A stretch of 20,123 nt of DNA from Candidatus Hadarchaeota archaeon (GTDB lineage: Archaea; CAYQAE01; CAYVLA01): the NCBI GenBank assembly GCA_964621445.1, contig CAZUNO010000035.1, positions 1 to 20,123 on the forward strand, written 5' to 3'. Under the pieces are notes generated by a model. That model worked only from the letters and a program-made list of their open reading frames with translations. It was not told where the DNA came from and searched no databases. Of the stretch, positions 1-7,835 are shown one piece after another. Made by a program: the position numbers and the translations under genes. Every line of letters begins with the position of its first letter. The stretch's first letter is position 1.

Positions 1-85
1 CCGGTTATATCATAAGACATATATGGGGACAGGTCTTACCAGGAATAGCAGAAAGTTGGAAAGGGCAATATAGCCTCGCTTGTAG

Positions 86-961
86 ATGGTTTTCTTGAAG
101 AAATTGACAGAAAAAGATTACGATTCGCTTTCTAACCGCATGGAATGGGTTGGAGATGTTCCGAAAATTAGTCGGCAGACCGGCCTTCCAACCGGTGTCC
201 TCGTGGCGATTCACACACAACGTTTGAGAAGAAAGGTAATAAGCAACTATTGGAAGATAAAGGACAGGTCCGATAGATTGGTTAACGCCTGGAAAAGGGG
301 CGTGCCGGTAAAGAAGATAGCCTCCACAAAGGGTTTTCCTCCTATCGTCATCGCAAGAATAATCTCTTACGATATTGGAATATCAAAGAAGGACTTCCGT
401 CGGATGGTCAACAACGAAAATATTGAACGCCGTCTTCCCAAGGACCAATCCAGGATGGCGCATGAGGTTCCAAATATTGTGAAACAGGATTACATGGACT
501 CCCCGTGGTCCCTGGAGGTATATAGGGAGATAGGCAGAGAGGGAGAAAAATTATTGTCCGATTGGTTAAATGAGAAGGGCCTTAAGTTCAAGACCGAGAA
601 GGAGCAGAAAGGAGGGACCGGTGTTCCCACACCAGATGTCCTGTTCAGCTCTCCGGAAAAGATAGAGGGAAGGCAGCAAATCTCCTGGATTGAAAGCAAG
701 GCTTTCTTCGGCGATCTCAGCCATGTAAAAAGACATAACCGCCGGCAGGCAAAGAGGTACAGAAATGCCTACGGAAAGGGCATGATGATATACTGGTACG
801 GTCTAACCCAGGAAGCAAGGCAAGAGGGCCCCATCGATGAATTTATGGATCCTGATATCTTCGAGGATAGAGATGGATGGGAGGAACTGATGGAGGATAT
901 CCCATCAAAATTGGTGATAGGCGCGACTCAGGGGCCGAAGGCGATTTCCGGGAACACGTGA
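86..961 (+). CDS. TPD-domain (C15orf41/CDIN1-like) PD-(D/E)XK-fold putative nuclease
   Basis: 291-aa ORF. The C-terminal half has GREGE...PTPDVLF...WIESKAFFGD...QAKRY, the TPD family signature with PD...ExK. The N-terminal half is basic and helical (HTH-like). Confidence 0.85.
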   Translation: MVFLKKLTEKDYDSLSNRMEWVGDVPKISRQTGLPTGVLVAIHTQRLRRKVISNYWKIKDRSDRLVNAWKRGVPVKKIASTKGFPPIVIARIISYDIGISKKDFRRMVNNENIERRLPKDQSRMAHEVPNIVKQDYMDSPWSLEVYREIGREGEKLLSDWLNEKGLKFKTEKEQKGGTGVPTPDVLFSSPEKIEGRQQISWIESKAFFGDLSHVKRHNRRQAKRYRNAYGKGMMIYWYGLTQEARQEGPIDEFMDPDIFEDRDGWEELMEDIPSKLVIGATQGPKAISGNT

Positions 962-1437
962 TTCTGGGCCAGTCCTTTTCATCCAGAGTCCTGTCCCTGC
1001 TGATTAGCCTCTCAATACTAATTCTGTTCGCGGTATATTCCGTAGGGTTCCTGTTAGACCAGCCTTGGGATCTTGAGGAATTGAAAAATGATCCTCGGTC
1101 CCATGAGGGCCAGAAAATCGTATTTACCCACGAGATAAAGGAAATCCAAAGGGGAGAGATAATATCCCTAACCTTTTCACGAAATAAGGAAAGGATATCG
1201 GTTCCATTAGCCTTCCCTGACCAGCCAGAAATGTCGGTCGGCGACACCATAAGCGTAAAGGGGATTTCCAGGTTGGCATCGGAAGGCGTGATATCGGTGG
1301 AGAATTACCACGTGGCCAGTACCGGACCCAAATTCCTCCTTGGATTACTTGGATTGGTCATTATGGCAGCCTATTTCCTCTCCAAGTACAGGTTTATTCC
1401 ACGGCTGCTTATGTGGGAGGAAAAGGCCGATGCCTGA
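958..1437 (+). CDS. Membrane protein with N- and C-terminal TM helices flanking a probable OB-fold-like domain
   Basis: Start revised from 877 to the GTG at 958, which overlaps the upstream stop as GTGA. Two hydrophobic segments. 'VGDTISVKG' is typical of an OB-fold strand. Confidence 0.65.
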   Translation: MILGQSFSSRVLSLLISLSILILFAVYSVGFLLDQPWDLEELKNDPRSHEGQKIVFTHEIKEIQRGEIISLTFSRNKERISVPLAFPDQPEMSVGDTISVKGISRLASEGVISVENYHVASTGPKFLLGLLGLVIMAAYFLSKYRFIPRLLMWEEKADA

Positions 1438-1879
1438 CCTGATTACCCACCTAGGTGCTGGTTATATCTTAGCGGACCTCCGCGGCTACGACAAAGCAAT
1501 TTTCCTTTTGGGTTCGATACTTCCGGATCTTAAGATGCTTTATCGTCTGCTGGAGCCTTTCGTTCCAGATCAAGTATCCTATGGTATTTTCTACGCTTTT
1601 GATGCTCCAATCATCTTTATTCCTCTGGCCTTGTTTTTCTCACTGTTCTTTCGGGAGCGTGCAAACGCCTTCAAGTTCCTGGCGTACGGTGTGTTGATCC
1701 ATATAGGACTCGATGGGTTGCAATACAAGTTCGGGGGAGGAATTCCCCTATTTTATCCTTTTAGCTTCGAAAGATATTCTCTTGGTCTCTTTTGGCAGAA
1801 CAATTATCTGGTAACCGTGATATCGGCTATCTCAGTCCTGGCACTTATCACCTATAAAAAGAGATGGATGTCGGATTAG
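1430..1879 (+). CDS. Membrane-bound metal-dependent hydrolase (YdjM/DUF457-like)
   Basis: Start revised to the ATG at 1430 (8-bp overlap with the previous gene). Motifs PDLITH, GSILPD, HIGLD and LFYPFS, plus several TM segments. Confidence 0.8.
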   Translation: MPDLITHLGAGYILADLRGYDKAIFLLGSILPDLKMLYRLLEPFVPDQVSYGIFYAFDAPIIFIPLALFFSLFFRERANAFKFLAYGVLIHIGLDGLQYKFGGGIPLFYPFSFERYSLGLFWQNNYLVTVISAISVLALITYKKRWMSD

Positions 1880-1896
1880 ACACTAGAGTATATCTA

Positions 1897-1985
1897 GCCC
1901 CTCGAAAGGTGATTCATAGTCTATCATCTAGCTTCGGCTTAGATGACGGCTTTTGGAGGATGAACATACTGAGGGTTCGAGTGGC
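1897..1985 (+). other. Long intergenic hairpin with a C(UUCG)G tetraloop; candidate structured RNA
   Basis: Nested stems 1897-1906/1976-1985, 1913-1917/1960-1964, 1918-1921/1948-1951, 1924-1930/1940-1946 and 1931-32/1937-38, with loop TTCG at 1933-1936. Confidence 0.4.
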
Positions 1986-1994
1986 CAAGTCAAA

Positions 1995-2016
1995 TTGAGC
2001 ATTTTTTCGAGCTCAA
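1995..2016 (+). terminator. Possible terminator (T6 run inside an inverted repeat) between convergent genes
   Basis: TTGAGC-ATTTTTTCGA-GCTCAA. Oligo-T tracts are typical archaeal terminators. Confidence 0.35.
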
Positions 2017-2055
2017 ATTCAATAAGAGGACCGGTCACTGATGTTAGCGACCCTG

Positions 2056-2598
2056 CTAGAATGCGTCCATCTCGGCGAGGCTGGAGCAATCATCACAGAC
2101 ATATCGGCCATTCACCAATCTGAGATGTGTGTTATGTTGCCCACATATCTCACAAATGGCGGGGCCAAATGGATATTCCTCCGTTTCCCCTTCTTCCAGT
2201 GGTTCAAATGTTTCAAGGCTTCTTTCCTTGGCTTCTGAGAGGTCGGACCTTGATACTATGCCCACCATATCACCTCTATCGGTGACAGGAAGTTTGTTCA
2301 CGTCGTACTCCATCATCCTGTTCAGGGCGTCGGATAGGCTATCTTCGGCAGATACCGTTAGTAGCGGAGTTGACATCATTTCCTCCGCCTTCATGGTGGA
2401 CGGCTTTCTATCCTTGGCCACCACCTCTCGAATTATGTCCTTCCCGGTTATCAGACCAACGGGTTTGCTTCCATCGGTGATAACAACTGCTTCTACCTTC
2501 CACTGCGTCATCAGCCTAGCTATCTTGTCGACGGTCTCGTCATCATTTGCCGTCTTTATGTCGCTTTTCATTGCTTCTCTGACTGGCATTTCCGGCAT
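2056..2598 (-). CDS. CBS-pair protein with a C-terminal C4 zinc finger
   Basis: Two CBS repeats (VGLITGKDI; LPV...VGIVSRSDL) followed by CEIC-x16-CDDC. The ATG at 2598 is preferred over the TTG at 2613. Confidence 0.88.
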   Translation of the reverse strand: MPEMPVREAMKSDIKTANDDETVDKIARLMTQWKVEAVVITDGSKPVGLITGKDIIREVVAKDRKPSTMKAEEMMSTPLLTVSAEDSLSDALNRMMEYDVNKLPVTDRGDMVGIVSRSDLSEAKERSLETFEPLEEGETEEYPFGPAICEICGQHNTHLRLVNGRYVCDDCSSLAEMDAF

Positions 2599-2687
2599 AG
2601 GACTAACCCGCAAGAATCATTCATGCAAGTGATGTTCCGTTTCTGGGTTGTCGGTGCTAATAAACGTTCTTTTCTGGTATTGAGATT

Positions 2688-2714
2688 TTGGGAACGTGAG
2701 AGGGAGTTCCCCAA
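2688..2714 (-). terminator. Hairpin immediately after the rqcH stop codon
   Basis: TTGGGAAC...GTTCCCCAA inverted repeat with one bulge, 1 bp from the stop. Confidence 0.3.
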
Positions 2715-2715
2715 G

Positions 2716-4614
2716 TTATGGTTGCATTCTCAGTTCACCAGCGGGTAGAACCTGAATTAATTGGTCAAGATCGGCGTGAGGGGAGTTAGGAGCCAGTTTC
2801 TTGATTATTTCCTTGGCAATCTCGCTCTTTTTCTGGTACCCCGGTTCGATCTTCAGAACATCTTTACAATGCTTCGATATCGCCTGGAAAGGACCGCACA
2901 TGAACCTATCTCCCTGCCACCCCACCCCGCATTTGACGTTTAGGTTTCTAAAGTAGTTTCTCTTTCCACGTATCACAAAGGCTCCGGTGCCTACATATTC
3001 ACCCGATGTTGGTTCCTTGGTTACCTGTTCCGGCTTGACCCAGTATGCATCGCCTGCGGTTGTACCGGATTTCCAGAGCTTGGAATGCAGTAAAGCAAAG
3101 GCACAGGCCTCCTTCAAGATGTCCTCGCCGACCTCCTGGCCCTCGGTCTTAATCACGGTGGAGGGCGCACCTTGAACGTCCGCATGAGCGTAGAGGTCAT
3201 GCTTCTCTAGATATCTTCTGACCAGGATTTCGTTGGATTTTGCATCCCTTCCCGCGATAACCAGGATATCGCTTGAGGTAAAAAACCACCTAAACTTCTC
3301 GTACCACTTGCGTTTCCTTGGCTTCCCCCGTATTCTCTTCTGTTCCTCGACCTGACTTCTTTTTACCTTCTCCATATCTATGAGTGTCTTTCTGATAGCC
3401 TTTTTGGCGCCCTTGGCCTTCTCTTCCATATTTTTGGCCTTGGTGTACAGTCTACCAGCATTTTCCTCCAAGCTTTGGCTTACATCAAGGGTTAGGTTCT
3501 TGCCAGTCAGCGATACGGTAAGTCTCCCGCGTCTTTGGTCATATCCCTTGTATGAAACACCAGTACCTTCCCGGGAAACGATATCCCTTATCCTGGCCTC
3601 AGAAGAATCGGTTTCGTTGGAGGCTTTTGTAAGCAGAGGTTTCAAATCTGAATATCGGGTGAAAACCATGTCGGCCGTTTTCCTGAGTTCTTCCGATTTG
3701 GATAGGAGGTGTTGAACCTGGGACCTCTGGATCTCCAGCCTTTCCTGCAATCGTTCGAGTTCCTTTTGTCGAGCGGATTCGGCCTCGCTCCTTTTCTCCC
3801 TTATCTCTCCTTGGGAGTAATAGATGTCCGCTGCCTCGTTAAAGCTATCACACCATGACCTTGGTTCATCCTCCATGGAAAACAGTTCAAATGGAGCATA
3901 CTCGACCGGTTTTTGCTCACCGTAAGCCACGGGTTTCTCGATATCGGTGATAAGTTCTTGTAGCCTGATAATCCATTTGGCAATGGTGTCGATTTGTTCA
4001 TCCGTCAAGTTATCCGGGGTGATGTCCTTGGAAAGGCCCGTGGCCTCGCAAGCCTCATTGGCGTATAACCTCCCTAGGCCTAGGTCTAGGGCCAGGGAAC
4101 GAACCAGATCCTTCTGCTTCAGGCAGCCCCCGAGTCCAGAACCAACGAAATCAAAGGGGGACCCAGGAGGCTCTGGGAGGGAGTATTGGACATCCTTCTC
4201 CACCCTTTCCTGAGGACCTTTTTTCAGAGAAAGCATGACCTTTCCGTTGGTATCGATGAGGATTACGTTACCTCGAGAGAATAGCTCAACAACAAGTCTC
4301 AGGTCCTGAAATTCCAACAGAACCACCCTGTCGAAATCATGCTGGGATACTCCGGTTAGATTCATATTTCCCAGATGTTTTCTGAGATACATGGCAAAAC
4401 TGGTTGGCCTTTTGGGTGCCTTCCTTCTAAATTGAGTGAGATGGATCCTTTTTCCCGACTCAATTAACAGCTCATTTCTACCAGCTGATGCTCCGTAGAA
4501 CCTTATCCTGATTACGTCTCTATCATCCTGGAAGACTTTGTCTACATTACTTCCCAGTATCTGTTGCAGTTCCCTGACGATACAATTTATATCAACGGCA
4601 TGCATTTCTCTCAT
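2716..4614 (-). CDS. rqcH: Ribosome quality-control protein Rqc2/RqcH (NEMF/NFACT family)
   Basis: 632 aa. NFACT-N motifs (FAMYLRKHL, FDRVV, ELFSRGNVIL), a coiled coil, KWYEKFRWF, AGRDAKSNEILV, HADVQGAP and GAFVIRGKRNY. GGAGG lies upstream of the ATG. Confidence 0.95.
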   Translation of the reverse strand: MREMHAVDINCIVRELQQILGSNVDKVFQDDRDVIRIRFYGASAGRNELLIESGKRIHLTQFRRKAPKRPTSFAMYLRKHLGNMNLTGVSQHDFDRVVLLEFQDLRLVVELFSRGNVILIDTNGKVMLSLKKGPQERVEKDVQYSLPEPPGSPFDFVGSGLGGCLKQKDLVRSLALDLGLGRLYANEACEATGLSKDITPDNLTDEQIDTIAKWIIRLQELITDIEKPVAYGEQKPVEYAPFELFSMEDEPRSWCDSFNEAADIYYSQGEIREKRSEAESARQKELERLQERLEIQRSQVQHLLSKSEELRKTADMVFTRYSDLKPLLTKASNETDSSEARIRDIVSREGTGVSYKGYDQRRGRLTVSLTGKNLTLDVSQSLEENAGRLYTKAKNMEEKAKGAKKAIRKTLIDMEKVKRSQVEEQKRIRGKPRKRKWYEKFRWFFTSSDILVIAGRDAKSNEILVRRYLEKHDLYAHADVQGAPSTVIKTEGQEVGEDILKEACAFALLHSKLWKSGTTAGDAYWVKPEQVTKEPTSGEYVGTGAFVIRGKRNYFRNLNVKCGVGWQGDRFMCGPFQAISKHCKDVLKIEPGYQKKSEIAKEIIKKLAPNSPHADLDQLIQVLPAGELRMQP

Positions 4615-4644
4615 TTAGAAGCCCTCCAAGGGAGTCCATTTATC

Positions 4645-4959
4645 ATGAACAAGGAAGCACGGCGTGTCCTTGCCTTCGTAATTGTGGGTGTTGTGGCAGC
4701 TTTCATTTCATTAGGCATAGATCTGGCACTAAGGGTAGAAGAAGGCGGAGACAGTACAACGCTTCCTCTTATCGCTGCCATACTTTCTACCGTAGCCGTG
4801 GTTGGTTTTGCCGGAACCTTCGTCGCCGAGATGTTTGGGATAAATGTGGAAGCCCAGGGTGGAAGGTCCAAGGTTTACCTGAAGACCATCTACTATTATC
4901 TTATCACCTGGTTCGTTATATACGTTCTGCTTTACAATGAATATGTATTTCAGGTCTAG
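4645..4959 (+). CDS. Three-TM small membrane protein, probable archaeal EMC6-like (DUF5379-like) protein
   Basis: The ATG at 4645 avoids overlap with rqcH. 104 aa with three hydrophobic helices. The C-terminal 'YYLITWFVIYVLLYN' resembles the W-x-x-x-(W/Y)-x-LLYN end of EMC6-like proteins. Confidence 0.6.
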   Translation: MNKEARRVLAFVIVGVVAAFISLGIDLALRVEEGGDSTTLPLIAAILSTVAVVGFAGTFVAEMFGINVEAQGGRSKVYLKTIYYYLITWFVIYVLLYNEYVFQV

Positions 4960-5072
4960 GATCCAGAGGTTGAAAGATCTCTCCTAGGATAAGGCCGCGT
5001 TGACATTAGGGTCCATTGTCAAGTATGGATTCCCTGACCTGAGGAATGGATCATTAGTCCTGTGGTGCATTT

Positions 5073-5582
5073 ATGCTTGAAATCGAAGTAAAGGCACGTA
5101 TTCCCGATGAGGAAGGCCTTAAGAGATTGGAACGGTACGTCGCTGAGTGGGAATCTCTGCCGAAAAGACATCAATGTGATACCTACTTCTCTCACCCCTG
5201 CAGAGATTTTGCTAAATCTGACGAGGCCTTGCGCATCCGGCGCCAGGATGGAAATACCTACCTTACTTATAAAGGGCCTAAGAGGGACGACTTCTCAAAG
5301 ACCAGGAAGGAAATCGAGGTGAAGGCTTCGGAAGGGGTTAGTGGGCTCCTGGAATCACTTGGTTTCTCGGAGGTCAAGACCGTTTACAAGACAAGGAGGC
5401 CCTTTAGGAAGGGGTCCATCATGCTTTTCTTGGATGAGGTGGAGGGGTTGGGGAGCTTCGTGGAGATGGAATCCCTATCCGGAGAGGATGTATCGGCCGA
5501 GGATCTGCTCGATATCCTTCATGATATGGACCTCGAGAGCGAGACAAGATCCTATCTTGAGCTTCTTATGGAGGAAGCTTAA
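5073..5582 (+). CDS. cyaB: CYTH-domain protein (class IV adenylate cyclase / triphosphate tunnel metalloenzyme)
   Basis: N-terminal EIEVK (ExExK), DEALRIR, LTYKGPK, LDEVEGLGSFVEME and SYLELL. Confidence 0.92.
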   Translation: MLEIEVKARIPDEEGLKRLERYVAEWESLPKRHQCDTYFSHPCRDFAKSDEALRIRRQDGNTYLTYKGPKRDDFSKTRKEIEVKASEGVSGLLESLGFSEVKTVYKTRRPFRKGSIMLFLDEVEGLGSFVEMESLSGEDVSAEDLLDILHDMDLESETRSYLELLMEEA

Positions 5583-6160
5583 CCTTTTTCGCTATCTCTT
5601 AGACTGGTAAGAACATCGGCCTTGGTGATTATGCCCGAAATTTCTCCCTCGTCCATCACCAATACGGCCAGGTTGTCCTGCAGAAGGGTAAGTACAACGT
5701 CCATGGTCGTCTGACCGCTAATCATTGGAAATGGCTCCTGCATGATGCTTTCGATTTTTCTTCCGGCCAGATTTTTGGGTGATCCCTTAGCTATCTCAGC
5801 GGTGATGGATTTCTCGGACACGCTTCCAACGTTCTTCCCACCCTTCAGTACGGGTAGCTGGGATATCTTTCGGGTCCACATCAGACCAGCCGCTCTGGTT
5901 ACCAGATCCTGAGGGGTTAGGAAGACCAGCTCCGTTGTACAAATGTCCTCTGCCAGGATGTCCTTGGTGGCCTCTCTTTGATTCAAAGCAGATATTATTC
6001 TATTTAGGGTGGATAGGCGTGGATCAACCTCCCCCGATTCAATTTGGGATACTAAGGACTGGCTCACGTTTGCTAGCTCGGCAAGCCGCGACTGGGTGAG
6101 GCCCAATTTTTTCCTGAGCTTTCTAACATCTTCGATGGACGGAATGGATACCGGACACAC
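5579..6160 (-). CDS. XRE-type HTH + CBS-pair transcriptional regulator (COG3620-like)
   Basis: LRKKLGLTQSRLAELANVSQSLVSQIESGEVDPRLSTL HTH, then CBS motifs (ISQLPV...VGSVSE; GIITKADVL). Its stop overlaps the cyaB stop at TTAA. Confidence 0.93.
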   Translation of the reverse strand: MCPVSIPSIEDVRKLRKKLGLTQSRLAELANVSQSLVSQIESGEVDPRLSTLNRIISALNQREATKDILAEDICTTELVFLTPQDLVTRAAGLMWTRKISQLPVLKGGKNVGSVSEKSITAEIAKGSPKNLAGRKIESIMQEPFPMISGQTTMDVVLTLLQDNLAVLVMDEGEISGIITKADVLTSLRDSEKG

Positions 6161-6184
6161 GTTATTTATTGTCCGAGATAAAGA

Positions 6185-6190
6185 TTTAAA
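6185..6190. promoter_or_regulatory. Palindromic TATA box (TTTAAA), candidate bidirectional promoter
   Basis: There are 24 bp between this box and each divergent GTG start (6160 and 6215). Confidence 0.55.
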
Positions 6191-6214
6191 GGTTCCCTGG
6201 AGGGGGGAGAAAAC

Positions 6215-6859
6215 GTGAAAACTGGGGCTCGGAACTCCGATGAGACCATAATGCTAATACTCGTAGGGGCCTCCCTAGTTGGTTTTGTTCTGGGAGCTGT
6301 TTTCCTGGCCGAGCCCCGGACCGCAACCAGGTATACCGAGCTAAGTTTTACCACACACAAGGTCAGTCTCGAGCCCTACTCAGGCGATATGAATCTCAAT
6401 GATAGCCTGAACCCGGTCACCGGCGATTTATTTGGCAATGCGTTTATAATCATTGGTCCAGATACGGATGAAGAGGAACTAATCATCCCCGGAGATGGGA
6501 GCGCAACCGGCCTGAAAATATATCAGACATTCAAGATGGGGAACACCTATCTTACCTTTGCGGACGCCACCTCGGAAGAGTCTCTTTTCCACGAGTACCC
6601 CCGCGAGGTGTTTGAATTTACCGATGTACGATTAAGCTTTGAGATTGGGAATAGAAGAGGCGAGGACCGCACGTATTATTACGAAACCCGTCTTGGCGAC
6701 CAGGTAAAGGACAGCGGTGGGGTCCCTGTAAAGGCAGGGGGAAACAAGACCGTCATATCAAGCTTCCCGGTGGGGACCACGGATAATAGATGGACTAGAG
6801 TCTACGTAACTCTGGACACCGGGCAGAACATCTCTTTTGGCTTCCGGACATACGACTAG
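6215..6859 (+). CDS. Membrane-anchored protein, DUF1616-like
   Basis: One N-terminal TM helix followed by YTEL, later YP and IGNRRGEDRTY, and a beta-rich Ig-like C-terminus. Confidence 0.55.
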   Translation: MKTGARNSDETIMLILVGASLVGFVLGAVFLAEPRTATRYTELSFTTHKVSLEPYSGDMNLNDSLNPVTGDLFGNAFIIIGPDTDEEELIIPGDGSATGLKIYQTFKMGNTYLTFADATSEESLFHEYPREVFEFTDVRLSFEIGNRRGEDRTYYYETRLGDQVKDSGGVPVKAGGNKTVISSFPVGTTDNRWTRVYVTLDTGQNISFGFRTYD

Positions 6860-6880
6860 TAGATGGTCGGCTTAACCTCC

Positions 6881-7729
6881 CTAATCAATTAGTGCTCTTT
6901 CCCAGCGGTCGATCTTTTCTCTTAGTTCCTCCTTCTCCTCTTCGTCCATTGAGGAAGATGCTAGGCGCAATTGGTTTATACGATTGGTCATCATGGCCCG
7001 GAAATATCTGGCGGCTTCCATCTTTCCCTCCGACTTTTTCGGGCATTGACATACCTCCCTCCAGGCTCCGCAGTAGGGACACGCCATTTGTTGGTTCAGC
7101 TGGATGACATCCATGAAACCCTTTCCGGATATGATTTCAATTCCATGTTGCGATTTGGATATGGAAATCAGGTCAAGAGCTCTGACTACCATGTCATGCG
7201 CGGTTCTCACCGTGGCATAGGTCTCGTCCTGGGTTCTCCGTTGGAATTCAGGCTCGATGCCCAGAAATGCACTTGGCGACCGGGTCTCCACCGAAATCCT
7301 GCCATGGGTGGGAGAGGATATCACCGTTGTTAGATACAATCTTTTGGTGACCTGTCGATCTAGCATTAGCTGACGGTCGTTCTGTTCGAGATTCAAGGAC
7401 CCTGTGGCGGTGGTAGAACGGGTAGAACCAGGTCTTCCTCCCATCAGGAGGAACAAATCACTCAGTGCGGGATGAATAGGGATAGTGATCTTTAACTCGG
7501 TTTCCATTTCATTTTTCCTTTTTTCCTCCTTTTCGTCCTCCCTGGCCGATCCTTTTCCCTTACCCTTTGAGAAGCTGACTTTTCCCAGGGCCTCGTTCTC
7601 TATACATCTCTGGCACTGTTGTCCAACTAGATGAATGGGGCAGGTCTTTTTTCCGCATATTATGCATTTTTTTAGATCTTCACGTGCTCCGCATATGTGA
7701 CATCTGCTGAGGAAGGGTATGTCGACCAT
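6881..7729 (-). CDS. Hypothetical multi-zinc-finger protein
   Basis: The ATG at 7729 is preferred. N-terminal CxxC-x8-CxxC-x4-CxxH-x5-CxxC, a charged linker, a core of unknown fold, CPYC-x6-CQC and a C-terminal helical hairpin. Confidence 0.75.
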   Translation of the reverse strand: MVDIPFLSRCHICGAREDLKKCIICGKKTCPIHLVGQQCQRCIENEALGKVSFSKGKGKGSAREDEKEEKRKNEMETELKITIPIHPALSDLFLLMGGRPGSTRSTTATGSLNLEQNDRQLMLDRQVTKRLYLTTVISSPTHGRISVETRSPSAFLGIEPEFQRRTQDETYATVRTAHDMVVRALDLISISKSQHGIEIISGKGFMDVIQLNQQMACPYCGAWREVCQCPKKSEGKMEAARYFRAMMTNRINQLRLASSSMDEEEKEELREKIDRWERALID

Positions 7730-7835
7730 TGTGATGGAATGATCGTCCGCGAATATAAAATGGCGGTAGGGGGAGGCTGATTTCAAAGCATGGGCAATAT
7801 ATTTCAGAAAATACTAGAATTGCGACAGTGATTAT

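Noticed and set aside
1-85. Possible start of a divergent gene (minus-strand ATG at 20, MSYDIT...) or the end of an upstream plus-strand ORF
   Set aside because: Too little sequence at the window edge to choose a frame.
877-957. N-terminal extensions in the ORF track (877; likewise 1340, 4564 and 7786)
   Set aside because: Most overlap neighbouring genes deeply, and all add non-family sequence. Downstream starts give typical short overlaps or better promoter spacing.
1971-1987. GGGTTCGAGT resembling a tRNA T-loop
   Set aside because: There is no T-stem partner downstream and no cloverleaf.
1960-1998. 12-codon ORF MNILRVRVAKSN after GGAGG
   Set aside because: The RBS-like motif has zero spacing to the ATG, and the ORF is too short to support.
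2041-4213. Plus-strand ORFs antisense to the CBS gene and rqcH
   Set aside because: Shadow ORFs opposite well-supported genes, with no motifs.
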